DNA from: Paramecium tetraurelia
Taxonomy: Eukaryota
NCBI GenBank assembly: GCA_000165425.1
Contig: CT868030.1
Coordinates: 620,001-658,971 of the forward strand
DNA length: 38,971 nt
Direction: 5' to 3'
Shown here: piece by piece, positions 13,093-26,279 of the stretch
How positions within the stretch are numbered: the stretch's first letter is position 1
Layout of the letters: every line of letters begins with the position of its first letter
The notes under the pieces: generated by a model
The model's database searches: none
What the model was told of the DNA's origin: nothing
What the model saw: the letters and a program-made list of their open reading frames with translations, nothing else
Made by a program: the position numbers and the translations under genes

Positions 13093-15687
13093 ATGAAATA
13101 CAACAGTTAAACTAATCCTCCTTCGAATTTCCAACACTTTATGGGAGTTGCTCCTAACTAGTTCAGTTCTAATATCAAAGGTTAGGTAATATATTCATTA
13201 TTTATTTGTTACAGACATTGAATTCACAATAACAGAATCAGCATGATTAATCAAGGGTCTCATAAATGCCAGTTTCCAAGATTGAAGAGGTGAATTACTA
13301 ACAATCCCATGAAGTTAATCATAGTCATATTGATCTCCAATAACACTCCTCTAAGGCCTAACATTATCATCCTCTTACTATGCCATGCAATTGGGATTTG
13401 GCAAGAAAGCATGCTTAATCAAGAAGGACAGCTTTAGAGAAAAAGAAGGACTTTAATAAAACTACAAATGGTACCCTATTTACTATAATACATTAGTTGA
13501 AACATGTCCTTGTTGTGGTTTTGAAGTAGAGAGAGATGAAATCCCATATTGTTCAAACCCGATGGCATTGTCATTTCTAGGTTCTGGATTCACATTGTTT
13601 TACAATTATCTCAAATATTGCATAATAATCTTGTTCATAACTTTGGTCACTAAACAGATTTATAACCTCTATACCAGTTACGAGGGCTCATATTGCAGTC
13701 ATGTTAAAAAAGAAAAAATAGAAGGACATGTCGTAGAATTACCAAATTGTTCAGAATCATTGTTCTTGAGATTATCTTTAGCTAATAAATTGGAGTAATT
13801 TATATTTGTAAACTAGTAATCGCGAAGCTTTAGAGCATGTGTAAATTTTAAACTTTATTAACTTATTTATTGTTATGTTAGTCCTCATCTATTTTAGAAA
13901 AAGCCAGCGATAGATAGATACAACTATAGATGAAGAACTCTTAACACCTGCTGATTATACAGTTTGCGTCAAGAATATTCCTTTAGGATTAGGTTTGAAT
14001 TACAAATGGGAATTGAAACACATGTTTGAGACTTGTGCAGTCATATCAGACACAAATCCTATAGTTGTGAAAAAGGTTGTTCTAGTTTATGACATTGAAG
14101 AAATTATTGAGATGGAAAAGAAACTTGATGAATTAGTGGAGAGAAAGAAAGATATTATAAAAGAATACAATTACAATTTTAATCATCCAAAAGTCTTGGA
14201 AATAGACTAAAAAATAAAAGAATTCGAGCATAAAATACATTAGACAGAGAAAGAGTATGAAAAAGAGAATAAAAAATTTGCTGGGATTGCATTCATATCA
14301 TTTGAGGATGAAAATATGAAAAATTTGGTGTTGCAAGAAAATTAACATACTTAGTTAGAGAGAATGAAGTCATATTGGAATAAGGGTAAATTAGAAGGAT
14401 TGTCTGAGAATGATTTATCATGGCACGATTAGAAATTATTTATCGAATAAGCTCCAGAACCAAATGAAGTTGATTGGGAATTCATTCATGTTAAAACTGA
14501 AGAAAAGATAAGTAAAAGAGTCAAGGCTTGGATAATTTACCTATTAGTTGAAAGTGCAGCATTTTATTCAATTTATCTGATATCACATAAAGTGGCTAAA
14601 TATGGAGATGAGGCAAGAGAAGAAGAAATTAAAGGAAAACTGGATCATAATACAATGTTGAAAATCAACATTTTGTCTTTTATCATCTCTTTGAGCATTG
14701 TTCTATTTAATAAATTCGCAGTTGCTAAAATAGTTCATTACATTGTAGATGATGAAAAGATCTCAAGTAAAACCAAATTTCAGATATCCTTTGTATACAA
14801 GTATGCTTTAGCATTATTTTTGAATGCTGCCATTATTAGTTTTCTGGTGGATATTGTAATTTTAAAGAATGTGGAAGGAGCTGGAGGTTTCTTACAAAAT
14901 GAAAGCTAGATTTTTATTCTGAATGCTGTGTTACCTCCATTTATATGGTGTGTAGATCCATGGAGTCTGTGCAAAAACATCTGGAGGTGGTACATTGTAA
15001 GTAAGGGAGATAAAGCCTTGTTAACCCAATAAGAGGCAAATACTTTAATGGAGGAACCAGACTATTTGTCAGCCAAAAGGTACTCAGATATTATGAAAAC
15101 AATGTGGTTTACTTTTCTGTATGGTACAGCCATTCCTTTGGGTACAGTTTGCAGTGCTTTTGGAATTCTAATTTACTATTATGTTGACTATTATAACATT
15201 TTAAGAAGGAGAACTGTGAAGGAATCCATCAGCATTTAATTATCAACAGGTAGATATAATGTTTAGTTTGTTAGAGATGATTGAGATGTTGGAATACATA
15301 ATAGTGTGGAGTGCCTTTGGAGAAATGATCATGACTTATGCATTTTTCAAGGAGATAAGTTCGATTGATGTTTTGTTGATGGTGATTGCTATAATCTATG
15401 CTTCATTACCGATGGAAGACATCTCAGAATATTTGTTCCCAGTGGTCAATAATGAAGAGGTATGAGCGATTATTAATTTAATTTTATAGATTAAACCCTA
15501 TGATGAGGGATGTTTGGGTTTCGATACAGACTATGACAGAGAAAACCCAGTGACAAGACACAAAGCTATTGAAGAATGGAATGAAAAACAAAATATGCTG
15601 ATAGATTCAAACCACAAAATTCATAAGTACTATCAATAATAAGATCAATTTGGGTATAATAATGATGCCCATTATGGTAGAAGATGA
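13093..15687 (+). CDS. OSCA/TMEM63 (CSC1)-like multi-pass ion channel
   Basis: TPADYTVCVKNIP; AGIAFISF; EQAPEPNEVDWE; many TM helices; RYSDIMKTMWFTFLYGTAIPLG...YYVDYYNILRR. TGA 15685-15687. Confidence 0.82.
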
Positions 15688-15727
15688 TTTTTGAATAAAT
15701 ATTATTATCATTTTTAAATAATTATAA

Positions 15728-16998
15728 ATGATTAAAAGAATGTAAAGTAAGGAGGACATCATAAAAGATTAATACATGAAGACTTTAACATGTTTCTTAT
15801 AAGACAGCACTCTTTATGACTGCTTATCTATCAATAATTAAGTCAGTGTAATTGATTAGTCATTCTCCTTGTATGATGTTTTCAATGTCTTTATCGAGAC
15901 ACATATTGATGAAGTATTGTTTTGGAATCCAGATGTAGCTTATTATGATGGAGTATTCACTCAAACTGATTTGATTAGAATCATTCTCAAATGCTATCAA
16001 AACACTATAAATGGCATTCCGAATGGTAATCTTAACAGTATATTTTAGTCAGTTTGGGGAAATAGTAAGAATTAAGTGTAGCCCATAATGGAAGAAGAAG
16101 ATGAAGATAGAACATCAACTCCTGTCACCAAAACTTAAGTAATTGGCTAGGAGTAAATTAATAAGTTGCTCATTGATTTGAGGACTATCTCTGTAAGAGA
16201 CTGGTTTAATTCTTATGGAGAAAATCTTCATTAAAGCAGTCTTGTTCAGGCAGATATGGCTGATAACCTAAATGATGCCATGAAAAAAATATTAAAGTAG
16301 GGTGTAACAAGAATTGTAGTTATTGATACTGAATCTAGAGTTATTGTGGGCATCCTCTAGCAAAAAGATATTTTGGCTTTTCTTGTTAAAGGATTTAGTT
16401 AGTATTTCCATCTATAATTATCCCAAAAATCACTTAAGATTGAAGTTCGAAGTGAAACTCAATAACAATCTGAACAACATGATTTGGAAATAGGTTACTT
16501 TAGTGATACCATACTCCAGTTGAACACCAAACTCCCATTCGACACAAATGTATATGAGTAAATTACTCTTCTTATTCTAGCGTGTTTTATAAATTGATTT
16601 ATGTTTTCAAAAGAAATGCTATTCCTATTGTGGACATTAACAACTAGTATTTGGGCTTGATTGATAGAAGGGATTTTTTATTCATCCTCAAGTATCAAGT
16701 CTACGACATGGTATGACTCAACATTTAGATTAGCTCAATAGATAAGCCATTGATTTATTGAATTTTATTAGAATTGAGAAATCTAAGTATGCAGGCTTTA
16801 GTATTTGTAACAAAGAGCTATTTCACATGAAATAAACTGTAAAAGAAGTAATACTTTCATTTATCAAAGGTTGTTGAAAATTTACTTCTCTCGTCTAGAG
16901 GTAGTCTAGTATGTCTGAACGATAACAAAGAACCCATTTCCACACTCTAGATGTCTGATCTCTTCAAAATATGTTTAGATGATATCGAAATAGAATGA
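15728..16998 (+). CDS. CBS-domain protein, AMPK gamma / SNF4-like
   Basis: TLYDCLSINNQVSVID...VLFWNPDVAYYDGVFTQTDLIRII; RIVVIDTESRVIVGILQQKDIL; AIPIVDINNQYLGLIDRRDF. TGA 16996-16998. Confidence 0.82.
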
Positions 16999-17097
16999 AA
17001 TTATTCTACAATAATATGTTAATTATTTAAATTCTTTTATGTATCGATAAAGCCCCTTCTAATTCATTTTTTTATATTTATATTTCTATTAACTTTT

Positions 17098-18072
17098 ATG
17101 AATTCAACATATTATGGAAGGATGTCTATTACATCATATCGCTAAAATGATATAGACTTTGATAAGTACAAGAAAAATATCGAAGCTGAAATACCTAAGA
17201 GCTGGCTTGGGTTTAAATACTTAACTTAATTAGAATAGAGGAAAGAATAAGTTATCAGCAAAATTGAGAAATATATATCCAAACTTAAAAGTGCCAATGG
17301 AGATCTTATCCTTTAATGTGAATTCACGTTTAATTAAAACTTAGATCTCTTAATTAAATCATCAGATATCAGAAGAGATTTTATAGATCAACTTCCCCCA
17401 AATGTAAATCCTGGTGTAAAAATTAATTAACCGGATTTGCTAACAGCTTTGACCCAAATAAAAACCTTTTTGTATAAGGAATGTGCTGCTTGTAAAGATG
17501 AGCTTTATAAAAATTAAAAATGTAATGGAGATATTTGGAATTAGGCTGGGTGGATTTTGTAAAATAATAACGAAAAGGAAGGAGAAAACTACTAGAAATT
17601 AGTCGAAAAGTACAGAAAAAGTATGGTCAATGCTCTAACTAATCCTAAAGTTGATTAAGAGTAATATATAGAATTTCAGAGTTATCTTATCCACTACTAT
17701 TAGTATTTTGATCAATATAATGTCAATTAAAGAAGCTAAATCTGTGAATAATTTCTATAATATTTGAATTTGTTAGAAAATAAGGAGGAGCTATCACAAA
17801 AATATAATACAAATTTTAAAAATAATTCGTTAATGATTTAACCAAATAAAACCTTTGTAGTCAATCTACCAGCTCCGCCATAATTTTAAATATCAATTCC
17901 TAAATTTTTATGGGGTGAAATTTAAAAATATGGCTTATAAGGATACATAATTTATAGAATGATTGAAAACTAAGAATTAAATTTGAATTATCAAGTGATT
18001 GACAAAATTTTTCTATCTAAAGTTAGGGAATAATAATAAAGGTACCCTGGAAATGTTGGAAGAAAGAAATGA
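17098..18072 (+). CDS. Hypothetical protein, 324 aa, apparently intronless
   Basis: Continuous TGA-free frame in code 6 from ATG 17098 to TGA 18070-18072; no domain recognised. Confidence 0.75.
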
Positions 18073-18292
18073 TTTTGAAATTGTTATGATATTATGAATA
18101 ATTTTACATATTATAATTATTATTAATCATATTTAATTCTTTATCTAAAGATGATTGGAGATAATGATTTTATTCGAGATTGACAGGTATAGTTTTGAGA
18201 TATAAATAAGAATTCATACTTTATTTAAGGTATTCTATTGTTTAAGATGATAAATTGCATGATAAATTAAATCTTTTTTTAAAATATAAGAA

Positions 18293-18977
18293 ATGGTTAA
18301 AAACTCAGCCTAAGACCCTTAAGACAATTCTTTATAAATGAAAGTAAGGAAGAAATTTACTTTGAATAGATTAGATAATACTTAGTTTCAGGCAGAAGAC
18401 TCCCATCAAAAGAAGATCCAAATCCAAAAGTCATAAGCATGAGAATTTTTGCAAGAAATACAGTTGCAGCAAAAAGCAGATTTTGGTATTAGTCATAAGA
18501 CTACAATTTAGGTGGAATTTAAGAAGATTAAATAAACTTAGACCATCACATGGTTAGATTTTAGCAGTTTAAGAATTGTTTGAAAGAAGAGACACAAATG
18601 TTAAGACATATGGAATCGTTCTTAAGTATCAATCAAGAACAACGATACACAATATGTATAAGGAATTCAGAGATACCACATTAAATGGTGCTGTGTCTTA
18701 ATTATGTAAGCACACAATAAATTAACTCCTTAGACTAAGAAATGGCAGGAAATCATAGAGCATAACCATAAACAATTCACATTCTCAGAACATCTGTATT
18801 GACAAAAAGTGCTGATATCAAGAGAGGCAAAACAAATTAATACAGAGTATACGAATTTGCTATTTATTAAAGGGAGATTCAATTAAATTCCCAATTGTTA
18901 AGACTGTTCCAAGAGCAAGCCATAAAAAATTCAGAACTGTGTTCAAAGCAAAAAGACCAAATCTTTATAGATCATGA
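18293..18977 (+). CDS. RPL18A: 60S ribosomal protein L18a (eL20)
   Basis: After four tiny introns: [13 protein letters not shown]...[16 protein letters not shown]...[38 protein letters not shown]...IKFP...FKAKRPNLY, colinear with eukaryotic L18a. Confidence 0.96.
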
Positions 18978-19014
18978 TGATGATGATTTAGTACAATATT
19001 AATAATAAAAATAA

Positions 19015-19537
19015 ATGGCAAATAAGCATTCTAATAATGACATAAAATTTAACATTCTTCTTGCTGACATTTCTAAATCCAAAGATCTTCATAGCTCCTC
19101 ATTTTCAACATAAAAAATGCAAAACAGCTCACAGCATGGTGGAGGTATGCGTGCTTAAATAAACAATAGCAAAAAACATAGTACCAACGGCAACATATTT
19201 ATAGTAAGTAGATGAAAAGTATTCATAAATGTACATGAATAAGTAAATTGATAAAGCGAAAAAAGGCACATAACATAATCAAAAGCCCAGTCATAATGAT
19301 AATACTCAAGTAAATAATTTTCTGGATGTTCCTAACAAATTTCGATAATAAAAACAATCAGAAATTTTGGGAAACAACTCATACATCCCTCAAATATAGC
19401 CTATTGTAAAAAGCGAATTATTACAGCCTTAAAATCCACAACTAAATGAGACAATATCTCCAATGAAGGCTCCAGTTTTGAATATACCTGGCGATATTTC
19501 ATTATCCAGAGGAGTGAGTGAAAGAGGACTGAAATGA
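19015..19537 (+). CDS. Hypothetical protein, about 165 aa, low complexity
   Basis: ATG 19015, one 25-nt intron (gtatgcgtgc...aacaatag), open to TGA 19535-19537. Confidence 0.6.
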
Positions 19538-19602
19538 AATAGATATGTATGAAGAAAACACTAATTCTAAATATCTAATTGAGAAATCAAATATTTAATA
19601 AA

Positions 19603-20853
19603 TCAAACGAGGAATTTCTTTATTGAAATTGATTTGACACTTTGAAAATTTTATTCCTCTGATGTTTCAGGGAAATCTTCAAAGCTATTGTCTTCAAAAT
19701 CGATGTCTTCTAAAAAATAAATTGCATTCTATATAGTTATCCTTACCTTAGGATCTTGCTCGAGCATTCTCTGCAACAATTAGTATATATAATATTTTGG
19801 AGATCTATTTATTATAGTGGTCTTATTAATTGTAATTGTAGGTTGCCTTGCCCTTCCTTAGGGTTGTTATAGTTAAACTTTACTGGTTAACCTAAAATGC
19901 AATTTCTTAATACATTTCCTTTAATAGAGATCCTAAAATCAAAACATCATGTTGCTCATAATAATATCTCTCAATTTCAACCCAATCTTCATGAGTATTT
20001 TTTGTAGAATCCTTAAGCTCATGTAAAAAGTCATTTTCTTTAGAAACTGCCTTGGTTCTGAAGGCTTCTTCAGTTTTTACTAGTAGTTCAAAATCTATAA
20101 TCAGGATTTCTCCATCACTTTATAGAAAGATATTCGTTGATGTGATTTCTCTTAATACATACCCTAACTTATGCATATCATTTATAAATTTAAGGAGAGT
20201 TTTTATAGTAGAAATGATTTCTTAGGGTTCCATCCTATACTGACTACCTATCCTCTCCTTTAACGTTTTTCCATTTAAAATGTTTGTTATTATATACAAG
20301 TTCTTTTCTTCAACAAAGTATTCTTCACATTTAAGGATGTTTGGATGAGTAATGTTAATCATCTCTATTAATCTTAAATATTCCTACTTAATTGAATTAT
20401 AATACTTAAGAAGTCAAATCAGAAATTGGAAATATTTACATATAATATTTTTATTGATTGGCGCAACAATAAGTTAAATAAACCTGATATTATCGAAAAG
20501 TTTACTTTGCTTGAATAGCCAGATCTCTCACATTGAATCATATTATACATTTTAACTATGTTACAATAAGTGACCTTTCCATCCAGATTATCCTTTAGAG
20601 TCAAAGATTGCTCGTGAGTCAACAGTATAGTTTTCCAGGAGTTCTTCCACTAAAACTGAAATCCATTGAAAGTAAAATCACTATTGAAAGACCATTTGAT
20701 AATTGTTGATAGATTCAAAGGGATTTTATACTTTAGGTTCTATTCGTTCTTTCTAATTAATTTATTTCTTACCTTCCCAATGACTATTTATTATGGATTG
20801 AGATATAATTTATAGTCTGTGCTAAAAAGAAGATGCTAGCTTCTACAAATCAT
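19603..20853 (-). CDS. Protein kinase-fold protein, predicted pseudokinase
   Basis: SGYSSKVY; HPNILKCEEYFVEEKNLYIIT; MHKLGYVLREITSTNIFL...ILIIDFELL; LLQRMLEQDP. Catalytic motifs are degenerate; stop 19603-19605. Confidence 0.85.
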
Positions 20854-20923
20854 TATTTATTGAATTATTTATGAGAACTTACGTTTTATAAATTAATAAG
20901 AATATAAAATAATAATTTGAATC

Positions 20924-22450
20924 TCATAAATATTCCTATCTTAAGAATTTCTCTAAGACTATCTTAGATTCCATTCTATGATCAGCAGGTACTTCATGAC
21001 CTGCATTTCTGAAGCTAACAAAGGTCAATCCTTCAATATCAAACACATTTCCTGCATTCTAATCTTTATCAACTTCTCTCAATGCAGGGATATACCAAGG
21101 TCTCCATGGTTTTATTGTATTCAACTCTATATATATTAAAATTGCATTACATAGTGAGTTTTGAAGTTTATCTATCCAATACAGAGTACCAGCAATTGGA
21201 ACCACTCCATCTACATCTCCACTTAGAATAAGAACTCTGATATTATTTTTGATGATAGTGGGATAAATGTCTAATGATCCATTTGGGTTTATTTGATAAT
21301 CTTAGAAATTAACTGAGCAAGCAACCCATTTTGGTGATTATTAGACTATATTAAGTAACTAGAATAATCATGAAAACTGATTACAGTTCGAACTTCATCC
21401 TTCTAAAACCAATGATACAGGCCTTTTACATCCACACATGGGGGCACATCAGAATCCTCCTTTTCTTCATCTGAAACTCGAAGGGGACTTTTCATTCTTT
21501 TACTTCCCTCGGGAGTATAAGTAATGCATTTCGAATAAACATTGTATTAGTTCAAATTATAGGAATATTAAGGTCCAGCAATTTAAGCTAAAGCTTCATA
21601 AGCTATGGCTTAACATTCTGGTGTCTCAGAGCCATAGCATTCTTCTGTATGATTAATTATTTTTTAATAAGTTTCTTCACTAATGAAGCCATGTCTTCCA
21701 TAAAAGTCTAATCTATGCCTTGGAAAAAGATATCCTAATTAAGTACACTCGCTAGGATCAGTGCAACCATTTCCAATTATTATACCTTAAATGTTTATTC
21801 TTAAGACTTCAGGATTAACAGGTTATTTATTATATTTTATAATCTCCTGGGTTAAGGTTGGCACATATATGCCAGCGTATGATTCACCACCAATATAGAA
21901 TTTTTAATTTTTGAAATTTGGATGTCGAACGAAAAACTCAATCAATGCATGCATATTGTATGCAGCAGTTGACTCGTCAGATTATGCTCCAGCTGGGCCA
22001 TAAGAATATCCAACCGATATTGGAGATTCAATGTAAAGCAGATTAGCCTAATTGATGAGATAATTAGCTTACAAATGCTGTCCAAGTATGAGGATTCTCT
22101 TCAAATTCAATAGACTCTGAAATGAACGTGTAAGGGCCACTTTCTGTGAATGCTGCAATCATTGATGAACATCCTGGCCCTCCAAGTAACCATAGTATCA
22201 AAGGCTTTTCAGAAGCAGAATCTATAGCTGGATAAAAAAGGTAATGAAACTAGACTGATCCATTATCATTTGCACTAAGATAACCGGAATATCTAAAATA
22301 CAATCAATAATCCTACATCTCTCCTTAATAGTTTGTACCAAATAGGGCATTAAGTTTTGCAATGTCAACTTCATCCTTCTCCAAAGCCTTGGTTTCAAAG
22401 GCATACAAAGCAAGGAAGCAGATCGAGATTAACATGATTGCTTTTTACAT
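20924..22450 (-). CDS. Serine carboxypeptidase, family S10, secreted
   Basis: Signal peptide; YSGYL; WLLGGPGCSS; NLLYIESPISVGYSY; GGESYAGIYVP (Ser); SGDVDGVVP (Asp); AGHEVP (His). Stop 20924-20926. Confidence 0.95.
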
Positions 22451-22851
22451 AATGTAATAAAACTAATTACATCACCGAAATAAATAATGAAATATGTAAA
22501 CCAATAATATGTAATAAGTACATTTGCCATTTTCATATATTACCACAAAAGTCAAAAATAAACAATTGTTTTTTATACCATATTTTGCACGGATCTGAGA
22601 CTTCGCAATATTCTTTTTAATTTTCTTAATGCGTTTAGTGTAAATTACTATAATACTCTAAAATTGCTTTTCATGGATAAATTTAAAAGGTTTAAAATTT
22701 TCTTAGTATTATCCAAAATTCTCTATGTTGCTTATCACTAGATTTTTATATGATTTTTTAATATCAACTTTATGGTAACATGTTCCTGTTTTCAAAAATT
22801 ATTATATGATCAGATTGAAATGTTTGTTTTTTATATTTTTTATATCATATA

Positions 22852-23507
22852 ATGTCGAAATTAAACTAATTTAAAGAACCCCTAGATAAAAACATTTAAC
22901 CAATTAAAGAAAACGAAAGCACAGATGATAACATTGATAATAATAATTCAGAGGTTTGTATAAATTTATCCATTTACCTTTAGATAACAAAAGAATCATA
23001 TACATAACCGTTTTTATAAATTCAATAACACGCTTAGAGAAGTCCTTTTTTAAATAATGAAGGTCTTGTCTACTCAAGCTCTGAGCTTCAAAGTGAAATA
23101 AATCAATTTAGTTCTATGGAGGAATTATCATCAAAACTAAATACTTATATCGATTCATATTTATAAGAATTGAGATAACCTTAATCATTTCTAGAATAAC
23201 TTTCATTTAAATAATCTGAAAGTTATGAAGAGGACTCCTCAGAAAGTCTATGTTAAAGAATTTATTCGGTATATTTTCAATTTAAAATTAGAAATTTGTA
23301 TCTTAGATAAACTTATCTGTCGTTTAATCATATGATTATATCTCAAGTATAGATGAGAAATAACAAGAGGAAACTCCATTATCACTCTCAACCCCAATAT
23401 TGAATTAGGAAGTTGAAATTCTTCCTGATAAAACTTTCAGTGGATCAAAAAAATTATTTTAGGATTAATTTCATTTAACCTGCAGCTACCCTTTAAGTTA
23501 AGTTTGA
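22852..23507 (+). CDS. Hypothetical protein (3' end uncertain; degraded coding-like sequence may continue to about 23790)
   Basis: ATG 22852, two tiny introns restore frame, first in-frame TGA 23505-23507; no domain recognised. Confidence 0.5.
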
Positions 23508-24024
23508 GTTTAAATTTTCCTTATTATTGTTTTTTAAATTTCATATTCTATCATTTTGTAATTATAACTCAATTGTTTTGGGTAACAATAATTGTAAACA
23601 TCAAATTAGAATCAATCAATTTATTGAGATACTCATTATAGTACACAGAAATAACATTTGAACTTTGAATTGACATTTATAATAAAGTACGAAATTTTGC
23701 TGAGCTGAACCAAATTGAATTTATAAAGAATTTATTAAAATCTCTAAGAGAATTTAAGCAAAGATAATAAAGAAATATTAGATGAATCACAATACTTTTC
23801 AAAATATTGATAATTTTTTTGGATTGGATAATGTATTAAGAAAGAAAAGTGATAAAAATCTTTTACTTATAATATATGTCTGAAATGTATTCAAAAAGTC
23901 ATAAACCTAGATCTTTTGGCTTATTTACAATGAGGCTCTCTCAAGTTCATGATTTGAAAATATTGTTTTATAAATATTTTGGTTAAAAAATATATATAAA
24001 TGTAATATTACAATTTTATAAAAA

Positions 24025-25157
24025 ATGTCAAGCCAAGACGGATGTACTTATCCATTAATTGAATTGATATTATCTGTCGCTGGATTAATATGTTGCATCG
24101 CTATGATGATCATATACTTTAAATCAGATAATTTTAAATTATTTTCATATACCATACAACTTTACATTTTATTAGGAGCAAGCCTCTATACATTATTAGA
24201 TTTTACTTTCAATGTATTTTAATTTTCAATTTGCCATACTTTTGAACTAAAATACATATTAGAAAAATCAATTTGTTAAATTACATCTTATATTTCTGTA
24301 TATGGAGTTATGAATGTGGTAAGTTGGCAAACTGTCCTAATAAAAATTGCAAAAGAAGCCATACTCTATAAGAAATAAGAATAATTATCAGTTCATGTAA
24401 AGTTATGTAATATCTAGCTAAATTTGATCGCGTTTGCATTTTTTTTCCCAATTATTTGTACAATTTTACCATAATTAAGTTCTAGTAAGAAATAATCTAA
24501 AGGAGAATCAACGGATTAAAACTATGATGACTTTATATATGGACTTTTTGATAATGTCTGTTGGTTATAATATAACTTTACAATCACTTAAAGCAACCCT
24601 TGCAATTCAAATAGCGTATCAGAACCTGAGTCTAATTTATAAAACTTATAAACGAGTCTTTCTAGAACGATTGTAACATTAAGTTTACTTTGCTTCTTTT
24701 TACCAATTATTTTTCAATCAATTATACAATTAACAGATTTAAGAAGCATTAGCAAAAAAATAGAAGCTATGAAAATAAATAAAGAAATTTTTAAGTAATT
24801 TTAATTATAATAACTTTAAGAGGACATGAAAATCATATTAATGCCATCAAAGGGTTATACTTAGTTCCTTATTTTATTCTCTTAACTTGCGTTGTACCAG
24901 CTTTTTTATTTTTTCTAGAATATTTTCATAGACCTGCTTAAGATTCTACTCTTGTTATATTTTAAATTTGCAAAGCTCTACTCAGTTGCTTAGGACTTCT
25001 CATTTTTGTGATGTTTCTACAAAATGCTCACATAAAATTGGTTGTTTCTCAAATGTTTAAGATGAAAGAAAAATCAATTTATGATTTTTAAATTGATCTG
25101 TTTTCTGGTTTAGAGGAATTTGACCTTAAAAAAAGTGATGTTAATAAATAAGAGTGA
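24025..25157 (+). CDS. Seven-transmembrane GPCR-like protein (cAMP-receptor/GCR1-like topology)
   Basis: About seven hydrophobic segments; ICQ at the start of TM3; YG...VCWL in the second extracellular loop; GLYLVPYFILLTCVVP (TM6); LLSCLGLLIFVMF (TM7). 26-nt intron 24795-24820; TGA 25155-25157. Confidence 0.72.
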
Positions 25158-25304
25158 ATGATTTAATTTAATCTTATAACATAATAACAGTCATAAAATA
25201 TAGACAGATTTTATTCAATGCATGTTATAATTTTATAGAACATTGAATGTTTAAATTAAGTCTTTGAAATAATCAAATAACTAATTGTGAATCAAATCAG
25301 TAAT

Positions 25305-26027
25305 TCATGGTTTATGTAGTCCAATTTTGCAACCCGAATTGCAATCTCGACATTAATGACAACAAGTAAAATATTCATCAGCTCCACAAGATCTGCAAGA
25401 GTAATATTTTAATTTGCCAGAATGATAAATGCAAGTCTAATAAAATATAAAAAATAGTACTTATTCATTTTGACCTTCCTATAATATTTTACTACAACGA
25501 ATGCAAGACCAAAACAAATCATTCATGTCTAAGGCTATGGTTTAATTCTCGATCGACTATAACAATTTTTTTAATTGTAAAATTTATTATTCTTCCGTCT
25601 AAATATTTAAAAGTATATCTATTCCTACTTACTGTTTTCTAGGAGTATAAGTTTATAAGATGTGATATATTTTTATTAAAGAATCCCCATCAAGTTATTA
25701 ATCTTCTTAAGACACTTCAAGAATTTCAATTAGAGATCTTAATTAGTTAAGAATTTATTTTTTTTCCTGGATAAAATATTAAAGTTCATCATTTTCACTT
25801 TTTAATGCTCTTACCTCTTTTTCAATCGTGTAATTCTAACTTTCTAGGCAATGCATTTTATCTTTTATTACGCAAAACATTTATTACAATTCTTTTTATT
25901 CATATTATGTAATTTCTACCTAATAAAACTAAATACCTAAAGTATATTAAATATTTTTCAGAACTTTATCCATATCAATTCGATCATCTTCAATTAAATA
26001 TTTATATTTTTTCTTAGCGCATTTCAT
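25305..26027 (-). CDS. Coiled-coil protein with a C-terminal Cys/His-rich (CHORD-like) zinc-binding domain
   Basis: C-terminus WSCIRCSKILQEGQNEQTCIYHSGKLKYYSCRSCGADEYFTCCHQCRDCNSGCKIGLHKP*; three introns; stop 25305-25307. Confidence 0.78.
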
Positions 26028-26279
26028 TTCTTTAAAGGGTTAGAAAAATTAAAAATAATAATAAATGCCAGATTTATCATTTAACATAAATAGAATATGC
26101 TTAGTTCAAAAAATTAAGTGAACTAAGTCAAAAAAATTATTTATTGTTTTTCTCAATAAATAAATGCTGCTTTATATAGTAGATTTAAATCTAAATATAT
26201 TCATCAAATAACAATACAGCCGTCTTAATTTTATGAATTTTACTAAATAGATTCAATTTCTTACAAAAACTCTATATTT

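Noticed and set aside
18073..18292. Possible small ORF or snoRNA upstream of RPL18A
   Set aside because: No convincing ORF on either strand and no C/D box pair; treated as promoter/intergenic.
19090..19503. Long TGA-free minus-strand frame
   Set aside because: TGA-free frames are frequent by chance with one stop codon; the + strand model has a canonical intron and typical composition.
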